Virus record (IMG/VR): IMGVR_UViG_3300025099_000129
Coordinates: 1 to 24,999 of that record
From: a virus
Taxonomy: Duplodnaviria > Caudoviricetes
Strand: one strand, 5' to 3'
Length of the DNA stretch: 24,999 bases
The translations under genes were made by a program, and so were the position numbers. Within the stretch, counting starts at the first letter, position 1. Each line of letters begins with the position of its first letter. The notes under the pieces are model-generated. The model was not told the origin of the DNA. It made no database searches and worked only from the letters and a program-made list of their open reading frames with translations. This document shows positions 17,513-24,999 of the stretch, piece by piece.

Positions 17513-18009
17513 CAAAAGAAAATGTTGCAGTTTTAAAAATTAAAGAAGATATAAATAAGGTTAATTACAAACCTGCAAAAGATTATATTGTAACTTTAGT
17601 TCCCGGAAATTATGTGCACACATTATGGAAAGATGTAGTGCCTTTTTTAGATAAAGCAGTTGAACGATCTAATGGTAGATGGAGTTTAGATGCACTTAAA
17701 GTAGCTTGTATTCAACAAAGACAAGAGTTATGGGTTATTTTTAAAGAAGAAGATAATAAAATAATGGGCGTAGCAACAACTGAATTTGTGCATTATCCTA
17801 ATAGTAAAAGATTAGCAATACAATATTTAGGTGGTACTGATTTAGAAGATTGGGCTTGGAGTTTTTTAAAGAAAGCAGAAGCATGGGCTGTAGATAATAA
17901 ATGTGATGGCATTGAATGTACTGCTAGATTTGGTTTTTGGAAATGGTTAGGTAAGTCTGGATGGGATAAGGCTTACACAGTATTTGAAAAGAGGTTTAAT
18001 AATGAGTAA
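17509..18009 (+). CDS. GNAT-fold acyltransferase-like protein of the ejection module
   Basis: IMGVATTE...LAIQYLGG...AEAWAVDNKCDGIECTARFGFWKWL...GW. Position is analogous to the T7 gp13-type gene. Confidence 0.65.
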   Translation: MTKENVAVLKIKEDINKVNYKPAKDYIVTLVPGNYVHTLWKDVVPFLDKAVERSNGRWSLDALKVACIQQRQELWVIFKEEDNKIMGVATTEFVHYPNSKRLAIQYLGGTDLEDWAWSFLKKAEAWAVDNKCDGIECTARFGFWKWLGKSGWDKAYTVFEKRFNNE

Positions 18010-18928
18010 AGGTGGCGGTGGCGGTGGTCCACAAACAACAGAATCAACAGTAACACAAACTAATTTACCTGAGTATGCAGAGCCATACTTCACTAGATTA
18101 TTGCAAAGAAGTGAAGCAGAGTCTTTGCAACCTTATAGAACTTATACAGGTCAAAGATTAGCTGAACTTAGTCCAGCAGCACAAAGAGTTTTAGGTAGGC
18201 AAACTGCTATAGGTTTATCTAGTGGACCAATGGAAGGTAGAGAAGCATCACAAATAGCTAGAGAGGTTGGCACAGGAACTCCTACAGATGCTGGTGTTTT
18301 TAATACAGGTATAGCAGAAATGTATATGAACCCATTTCAAAGACTTGTAACAGATATAGAAAAAAGAGAAGCACAAAGAGCATCAGATATTACAGGACAA
18401 CAAATAGAATCAAGAGCAGCACAATCAGGTGGTCTAGGTGGTTATAGGGAAGGCATATTACAAGCAGAAAGACAAAGAAATTTAGGACAACAAATGTCTG
18501 ACATAGAAGCTAGAGGTCAACGAGATGCTTTTGCTCAAGCTCAACAACAATTTGAAAGAGATAGAGCAGCCAGATTAAAAGCACAACAAGCTGATAATAT
18601 AAGAAGATTACAGTCAGCAGAGTTGTTAGCAAAACAAGCACCAATGCAACAGCAATTAGCTTTTGATAGATTAAGGGCAGCACAAGAAGCACAAGAAATT
18701 GGAAGAAACTTTAGACAAGCTGGACTTGATATGGGTTATCAAGATTTCTTAAACCAAGTAGCTTTCCCAAGACAACAACTTGGATTTTACAGTCAAATAT
18801 TACAAGGACTACCTGTAACTCCGGGCACACAAGTTTCTCAATATCAACCAAGACCTAGCACAACTCAACAGTTGTTAGGACTTGGACTAGGTGGACTAGG
18901 CTTATATAAAGCTCTAGGTAGTGGTTAA
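18002..18928 (+). CDS. DNA pilot/ejection protein (P22 gp7-like role)
   Basis: Start reassigned to the ATG at 18002 (GAGG RBS). MSKGGGGGGPQTT...LPEYAEPY, YMNPFQ, Q/A-rich helices and a C-terminal LLGLGLGGLGLY. Confidence 0.7.
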   Translation: MSKGGGGGGPQTTESTVTQTNLPEYAEPYFTRLLQRSEAESLQPYRTYTGQRLAELSPAAQRVLGRQTAIGLSSGPMEGREASQIAREVGTGTPTDAGVFNTGIAEMYMNPFQRLVTDIEKREAQRASDITGQQIESRAAQSGGLGGYREGILQAERQRNLGQQMSDIEARGQRDAFAQAQQQFERDRAARLKAQQADNIRRLQSAELLAKQAPMQQQLAFDRLRAAQEAQEIGRNFRQAGLDMGYQDFLNQVAFPRQQLGFYSQILQGLPVTPGTQVSQYQPRPSTTQQLLGLGLGGLGLYKALGSG

Positions 18929-18929
18929 A

Positions 18930-18945
18930 TATTAACGGGTTAATA
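18930..18945. promoter_or_regulatory. Short inverted repeat covering the translation-initiation region of the next gene
   Basis: TATTAAC-GG-GTTAATA fills nearly all of the 18-nt intergenic gap. Confidence 0.3.
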
Positions 18946-18946
18946 G

Positions 18947-20182
18947 ATGAACATAATACAAGTAGAAGATAATTTAAAATCAGTTCCTGACAATAGATTG
19001 CAACAAGAAATGTCTAATCCAAGTGGAATGTTTCCACAGTATTTGGTTATGTCAGAGATTAGTCGCAGAGCAAAAATGCGTACAGATTATGAAGGTCGCA
19101 TGGCAGCAAATGAAAAAACACCACCACGACCAACCATGCGTGAAGAAATGCTTATGTCCATGCAATCAAATGTTCCCTCCGGTGGCATAGCGGATTTAGT
19201 AAATTCAACACAGCAATCCCCAAATAATGCTATGCCACCTATTCCACAAGAACCTGTAAGGATGCAAGCAGGAACAACTGTACCATTTGATCCGTATGGC
19301 ATGTTTGGTTTTACATTTAGAGAAGATGATCCTGAAACAGAAGAAGATGAGTCAGGATACTTTAGAGAAAAAAGTGAAGTTCAAAAAGCACTAGAAGAAT
19401 ATTACAAGTCAAGAGCAAAGTTAATGCCTGAAAAATTAGATAAACAAAGAAAACTAGCAGGTGGTCTTAACTTATTACAAGCAGGTATAGCTGTAGGAAC
19501 TTCTGCTACACCACAACAAATAGGTGCAAATCTTAATAACTTAATAGATGGCATTAGTAAATCTGAAATGCAATTAACAAAACAAGAAGACAAATTAGCT
19601 AAAGAACAAATAGATGGTCTTGTAGCTCAAGCTGGATTTGATAAAGCAGAACGAGATGATTTAGCCAAAGCTACTGAGTTAAAAATAAAAGCAGAAGATA
19701 AAGCTGCATCAAGAGAATACATGAAAAGTCTTGCAGATAAAACAAGTCCTATAGGTCAAGTAGCTGAAGAAATAAAATCTGGTGTATTTGGTAATCCTCA
19801 AGCATTAGGTGTTTATGGTGATCCAATAGGTGTTGATGATAAGGGTAATCCAATATATTCAGATAAAATAGATGCTGTTAAATTAGTAAATTTAGCTAAA
19901 GACTTGCAACCAACTGTGCAAAGAGGCATGGCTTCAGATATAGCAGATATTTTAACTGAAGATGATATAGATACTATGGCAGTAATTGCTTATATAGGAC
20001 AAGGTTTAAGTGCAGAAGAAGCTCAAGCTAAAGTTGCAAAACAAGCAAGAGATAAAAAACTTGAATTAATTCGACAATACAGAGCAAGTCAACAAATAAA
20101 TCCACAAACAAAACAAACAGGCGGTGTCATTCAAAGTTCTGTACAAGATTTTAATGATGTTATAGAGAATATAAGTGCCTAA
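18947..20182 (+). CDS. Internal virion/ejection protein
   Basis: 411 aa, helical. N-terminal LKSVPDNRLQQEMSNPSG..PQYLV.SEI.RR. Lies between the pilot gene and the giant gene. Confidence 0.65.
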   Translation: MNIIQVEDNLKSVPDNRLQQEMSNPSGMFPQYLVMSEISRRAKMRTDYEGRMAANEKTPPRPTMREEMLMSMQSNVPSGGIADLVNSTQQSPNNAMPPIPQEPVRMQAGTTVPFDPYGMFGFTFREDDPETEEDESGYFREKSEVQKALEEYYKSRAKLMPEKLDKQRKLAGGLNLLQAGIAVGTSATPQQIGANLNNLIDGISKSEMQLTKQEDKLAKEQIDGLVAQAGFDKAERDDLAKATELKIKAEDKAASREYMKSLADKTSPIGQVAEEIKSGVFGNPQALGVYGDPIGVDDKGNPIYSDKIDAVKLVNLAKDLQPTVQRGMASDIADILTEDDIDTMAVIAYIGQGLSAEEAQAKVAKQARDKKLELIRQYRASQQINPQTKQTGGVIQSSVQDFNDVIENISA

Positions 20183-23100
20183 GTATGTTCAAACAGATGA
20201 TGGTTTAATACATGAGTTACCTGATTATGTAACTGATGATAATTACCTTGTAGAAAAAGAAAACTTTTTAAATCAATACAATCAGCCTGAGCCTGAAGCA
20301 TCTCCATTAGAAACAGACTTTATAGATGATGAAGATATAGAACGCAGTTCTTTATTAGATATAGCAAAAAGTGGTGCTTCCAGAGAGTTTATTCAAGGTC
20401 CTGCACAAAAAGAACTTTATCAAGTAGCACCTATATATGCAGAAGCAACACAAGAGTTACAAAACTTACTTGAACTACCTGATCCTAGCACAGAACAAAA
20501 AGATAGAATTGAAATTCTAGTTAAACAAATAGAAGGTGAAGATAAAACTCCTGAAGAAATTTTACAAGATGTAACAAGAGAAACTAGATTTACCACAAGA
20601 GAACCATCATTTAATTTTATTAAAGATCAGGTAGAACAAAGACAAGGTTTAAAAAAAACTGTTCAACAAAAAGTTGACACTATAAATAAAAGCCAAGAGT
20701 TTCAAGATCAAATAGTTTACTCAGATTCTTTTAATGAATTAGCACAAGCAGAAAATACCGGTGAAGCCTTTAATGTTTTTAAATCTGATCCTTTTAATTT
20801 AATAGGTCAAGTAACAGCAACAAGTTTAGCACCTATGTCTAAAAGTTTAGCTGCTGGTGTAACAACCACAGCATTTTTAGGTCCAATAGCAGGAGCAGCA
20901 GCAACAGGTATTACATCAGGCTCTATAGATGCAGCCCATTCTTTTACTGAATACATGGTAAAAAATGGAATGAACCCAAGTGATCCTGATTCAGTTGCTA
21001 GATACATGGGCGATAAAAAATTAGTATCAGAAGCTGAAAAGTATGCAAGAACTAGAGGTGCAATTATAGGTTCTTTTGATGCTCTTTCTTTTGGATTTGC
21101 TACTAAATTAATGGTGCCTCAAAAATTTGTGTCTAATATTTTTGCTAGACAAGCAATGAACTCATTAGTTGCTCAACCCATAATACAAGGTAGTTTAGGT
21201 GGTGGCGGAGAATACTTTGGACAACTTGCTACTTTAGAAGAAGGAGAGCAAATAAGAGTTGGCGATGTAGCTATGGAAATTATAGGGGAGTTTGGCTTTG
21301 CCCCTGCTGAAGCTGCCTTTGGTCAAATAGCTGCTGGTCGTCAGTATTCACAAGAAGCACAAAATTTAAAAGCAGAAGAACAATTAAGAATAACAAAAAA
21401 TTTTTATAATGCTTTACAAAGAGGTCAAGCAGAAGGTGCACCTCAAAATGATCTTATTAAATTAATAAATTTAGTTGAATTAAAAACTACTAACAATATT
21501 AATGCAGGTCAAAATCCTATAGAAGCAAGAGCTAATGCTGTAAATGAGGTTAATGAAAGATCAGAGTTAGTTGAGGCTTTAAACATATATTCTAATTATA
21601 CTAATAAAGGACAAAATCCTGAACAGTTCCCATCAAAAATAGTTACTCCTGATGTAACAGTTCCCAATATATTTCTTACTAAGCAATTAGCAGATGGCAC
21701 TTTTACTATTGTTGACTATCAAGGCAATCCAGTTAGTGATCCAAATACAAATGAAACATATAGTTATCCATCATTAGAAGTAGCAGGAAAAGTATCAGCG
21801 TCTTTAAATTTATTATCACAAACACAATATGGTGTAGAAAAAACTAATGATTATATTGAGATGCAAAATCTTGATTCTACTAATCCTTTTATATCTAACT
21901 TAGGTCAAGCATTTTCAAACCCATACTATGATGGAATTAGCATACAAGAATTAGAAAGTATTGGAGTTGCACCTGATGTAATTAAAAATATTACAGATGC
22001 AACAGGTAATAAACTACAAGTTCCAATTAATGTATTAAAAGATAATTTATCAAAAAAACAATTTGATACTATTATGACTACAAGAAGTGAAAGTGGAGTT
22101 CTTGGAGAAACACCTTCACCAAAAAGTATTACAGAAGCTACCTTTAAAAAATTATTTAAAGATAAAAATGTAGAGTTTGATGTAAACAGCGATGCTTTTA
22201 AACAGTTAGCTTTACAATATACTGCTGAAACAGATATTAATAAAATGAGTATTGCACAAAAAAAAGTGCTATATTCTGTTATTAATAGACTTCCTAGCTC
22301 ACCAGAGCTTATTTCGTTGCCTGATTTCTCAAACAGGTCATATTCCCTTAATGATTACAACAAAGCCTTACAAGCAATTACAGAAACAAGTAAGCCTACT
22401 CTAAAAACTATTAGAGAAGCTACTGGTTTAAATGGTGTTGCTGCAAAAAGACTAAGACAAGATTTAATTACTGCTGGTTATGTAGAAGAACAAAATGGTA
22501 AATATAAATTTAAGGGTACAGGCAATAAAAAGTTTAATGATCAAGGTGTATTAATAGATGAAGAAACACTAGAAGTTAATCAAGATTTAGATAATTTAAT
22601 AGAAAGTTTTAGAGAAAACTTACCACCTGAAGTTGGAATTAAATTTGAAAAATATATTAGAGATCAACAAGGTAATGTTAATAGAGATGCAGAGGGTTCT
22701 TTTAATCCTGTATTTAATGAAATCATAGTTGCAATAGATAGAGCAGGTTTAGATTTTAAAAACAAACCTAAACAATCTTTAGATGATTTAGCAAAAGTAT
22801 TAGGGCATGAATCATGGCACGCCCTTAGACAAGCTGATGTATTTTCAGAATCAGAGTACAGCACTTTAGTTAATTATGTGCGTAATACAAAACCAAAAAA
22901 TAGTGATAAAACATATTATGAGTTAGCTTTAGAAGAATATGGTGGCAGACCAGAATATGATAATGATGCTGATATTATAGAAGAAGGTATCGCTAAAGTT
23001 TATGAAGATTATATAGACAATAAAAAAAATGTTACAGGCAGACCTGCCTCAATATTAAATAAAGTTAGTACATTTTTTGAAAGAACAGTAAATGCTTTAA

Positions 23101-24999
23101 ATGAAAATGGATTTCAAACAGCTAATGATATTGTTGAAAGAAGTTTAAGTGGCAAACTTGCAAATAGAGAAACAGGTAAAGTTAGAACAACATTAGAGTT
23201 AGACAGAATAAGAACTAGGTTTAATGAAATTAATGATGATGCTGTTAGTCTTAACTTTGATATTAATAGTGAAGATGATGCACCACTTTCTGCAAGACCA
23301 ATAGAAGATGCCCCAAGTTTAAAGTATAAATTTAGAGAAGACTTACTTACTAAGCCACCAAGAATATACACAGAATATATTATGGGTGTAGAAAATAATG
23401 AGTTTAGTGAAGACATGAGTGCATGGACAAATCTTATGTATCAAAGTTCTAATGTTCTAAATGAATACTTAGTTAAAAGAAGATTTCCAACAGCAGATAA
23501 AAATAATTTAAATGAAATAAGTCAAGTAGCTTATAACGCAACACAAGTATTATTAAGAAAAGAAGCTAACAATAAATCTAATGGCATAAAAACATTTTAT
23601 TTTGTAGGCGATATTCCTACTGGAGATACAGTAGCAATAGCATATGATAATAGAGGTGAGGCTATTAAAGCAGCACAATTAGGAGACAGTCAATATCATT
23701 CTATATCAGGTAATCCACATCAAATAAGAGGATTTAATTTAAATTTTAGTGATGTATTGTTTCACCCTGATTTAATTAATTTAAGAAACAATCCTACAAT
23801 ATCTAACCCTTATAAAAACAAAGGATTATTTGGTGTAAGTAAAAATGCCATAGTATCAAAACAACCAGCAGTAATACCTGTTGATCCAGTTTTACCACAA
23901 TCCACTACCAAATATAGTCTAGTCAGAACAGAGGGTAGAATTACTCCTGAAAGAGAACTTTCACTAGTAACACGACTTAAAGATATTACTAGTGATGGCA
24001 GACCAGTACCTATTACTTGGCAGTCTCTTAAAGATAAATATAGTGATTACGATAAAGAAAGACAACCATTAATAGATAGAGTAATAAGACAAGCACAAGA
24101 AGATGGTTCAGATTCAATAGCTGCTATTTTAGAAAATGATGAAAATTATTTTATAGATACACTTGGTTTAGATGGCTGGAGTATAAACACAGTAGAACAA
24201 TTACAAGAAGATATTAATTCTATTACTAGAGAAACACTAAGTAATTTTCCAGAACAAATAGTAGTTTATCGTGGTGGCAATATTCAAGATGAATATGATG
24301 TTGTGCCTGTAACATTTAATCGCACAGTAGCAGAACAATTTTCTCGTAAAGATATAGATGATATAGTTTTTGGTGAATCTCCAGAAATAGATGCCCGTGA
24401 AGAAGTAGAAGAAGGTATATATGCAGAAGATGGTAGCATTATTGAATACATAATACCTAAAGATAAAGTCTTAGCTTATATAAATCCTATAATGACTGGT
24501 GGTTATGATTTTGATGTAACAGGTAGTTTTGGAAAAATGTACACATTTTTTAATGAATCAGAATTACTAGTTAATAAAAAAGATTTAATTGAAGTTGGTC
24601 GCCCTATTGAAAGATTGGGACCTAGATTTAAACAACAGCTTTATCACAGAATTAAAACAATTAAAAATCAAGCACAAGAAATACTAGATGAAAACAGCAT
24701 TAATTTTATTATGGGTGCTACGGGTAATCCAGCAGGTCCTACAATAAATATAGAGATTGCAACTGATGATGTTTATAATTTATTAGTTAGACAGTTAGAA
24801 GCTAAATTAAAAAAACTTTCTAACAAAAGATTAAATCGCAATGAACTTATAAAGTTGCTTACTGATTCAGCATTACAAGAAGCAGAGTTAAGAGTATTTA
24901 ATCAAGAAGAAACTGCAAAAAATGTTAACGGAGAAATTAAATCTGATTTATATTTTGATGAAGAATTAAAAGCTAGAGAAAATAAATATGTACCACAAC
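20175..24999 (+). CDS. Giant ejection/polyvalent protein, partial (at least 1608 aa): wHTH, zincin metallopeptidase, degenerate ART, ART
   Basis: Not in the ORF track because there is no stop in the window. GTG at 20175 gives MPKYVQTDDGLIHELPD and the frame stays open to the window end by manual translation. HESWH at 22806-22820, EEGIA at 22980, VYRG at 24264-24275, ESE at 24555-24563. Confidence 0.88.
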   Translation, partial: MPKYVQTDDGLIHELPDYVTDDNYLVEKENFLNQYNQPEPEASPLETDFIDDEDIERSSLLDIAKSGASREFIQGPAQKELYQVAPIYAEATQELQNLLELPDPSTEQKDRIEILVKQIEGEDKTPEEILQDVTRETRFTTREPSFNFIKDQVEQRQGLKKTVQQKVDTINKSQEFQDQIVYSDSFNELAQAENTGEAFNVFKSDPFNLIGQVTATSLAPMSKSLAAGVTTTAFLGPIAGAAATGITSGSIDAAHSFTEYMVKNGMNPSDPDSVARYMGDKKLVSEAEKYARTRGAIIGSFDALSFGFATKLMVPQKFVSNIFARQAMNSLVAQPIIQGSLGGGGEYFGQLATLEEGEQIRVGDVAMEIIGEFGFAPAEAAFGQIAAGRQYSQEAQNLKAEEQLRITKNFYNALQRGQAEGAPQNDLIKLINLVELKTTNNINAGQNPIEARANAVNEVNERSELVEALNIYSNYTNKGQNPEQFPSKIVTPDVTVPNIFLTKQLADGTFTIVDYQGNPVSDPNTNETYSYPSLEVAGKVSASLNLLSQTQYGVEKTNDYIEMQNLDSTNPFISNLGQAFSNPYYDGISIQELESIGVAPDVIKNITDATGNKLQVPINVLKDNLSKKQFDTIMTTRSESGVLGETPSPKSITEATFKKLFKDKNVEFDVNSDAFKQLALQYTAETDINKMSIAQKKVLYSVINRLPSSPELISLPDFSNRSYSLNDYNKALQAITETSKPTLKTIREATGLNGVAAKRLRQDLITAGYVEEQNGKYKFKGTGNKKFNDQGVLIDEETLEVNQDLDNLIESFRENLPPEVGIKFEKYIRDQQGNVNRDAEGSFNPVFNEIIVAIDRAGLDFKNKPKQSLDDLAKVLGHESWHALRQADVFSESEYSTLVNYVRNTKPKNSDKTYYELALEEYGGRPEYDNDADIIEEGIAKVYEDYIDNKKNVTGRPASILNKVSTFFERTVNALNENGFQTANDIVERSLSGKLANRETGKVRTTLELDRIRTRFNEINDDAVSLNFDINSEDDAPLSARPIEDAPSLKYKFREDLLTKPPRIYTEYIMGVENNEFSEDMSAWTNLMYQSSNVLNEYLVKRRFPTADKNNLNEISQVAYNATQVLLRKEANNKSNGIKTFYFVGDIPTGDTVAIAYDNRGEAIKAAQLGDSQYHSISGNPHQIRGFNLNFSDVLFHPDLINLRNNPTISNPYKNKGLFGVSKNAIVSKQPAVIPVDPVLPQSTTKYSLVRTEGRITPERELSLVTRLKDITSDGRPVPITWQSLKDKYSDYDKERQPLIDRVIRQAQEDGSDSIAAILENDENYFIDTLGLDGWSINTVEQLQEDINSITRETLSNFPEQIVVYRGGNIQDEYDVVPVTFNRTVAEQFSRKDIDDIVFGESPEIDAREEVEEGIYAEDGSIIEYIIPKDKVLAYINPIMTGGYDFDVTGSFGKMYTFFNESELLVNKKDLIEVGRPIERLGPRFKQQLYHRIKTIKNQAQEILDENSINFIMGATGNPAGPTINIEIATDDVYNLLVRQLEAKLKKLSNKRLNRNELIKLLTDSALQEAELRVFNQEETAKNVNGEIKSDLYFDEELKARENKYVPQ

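Larger units (their letters stand above)
1..24999 (+). mobile_element. Tailed phage (podovirus-like) late region: tail, lysis and DNA-ejection modules
   Basis: All credible genes are on the + strand, mostly joined by TAATG/ATGA overlaps. Tail-fibre, GH24 lysozyme, gp10-like nozzle and ejection-type proteins are present, with no host housekeeping genes. Prophage versus free virion cannot be told from this window. Confidence 0.95.

Noticed and set aside
435-23416. Other minus-strand ORFs and short alternative-frame + ORFs in the track
   Set aside because: They lie within longer, motif-bearing + strand genes, have no recognisable motifs and oppose the operon structure.
1-24999. Stop-codon reassignment, tRNA genes or intrinsic terminators
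   Set aside because: Genes tile the window under the standard code and use TAA, TAG and TGA as real stops. No intergenic gap is long enough for a tRNA, and no GC-rich hairpin with a U-tract was seen.

Overview
The whole window is an AT-rich, single-strand (+), tightly coupled late operon of a tailed phage. It is podovirus-like and resembles uncultured marine proteobacterial phages; the host is inferred, not shown. Gene order: tail and tail-fibre genes (repeat fibre, LamG/SPRY lectin-like protein, partner protein, chaperone); small membrane and basic proteins, including a DUF5872-like protein split around a conserved hypothetical gene; an SNase-like nuclease; an unexplained set of exported Cys-rich proteins (one with a NIDO-like domain); a possible spanin pair, holin-like protein and GH24 endolysin; a P22 gp10-like nozzle; the ejection-protein module with a GNAT. 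It ends in a giant ORF (20175 to beyond the window end, at least 1608 codons) missing from the ORF track. Manual translation of that ORF shows a polyvalent protein with a winged helix, an HExxH metallopeptidase, a degenerate ADP-ribosyltransferase (ART) and an intact-looking ART. Four small ORFs missed by the track were added, and several starts were corrected. The DNA appears to avoid CCWGG strongly. All family assignments are by eye from motifs; no database search was run.
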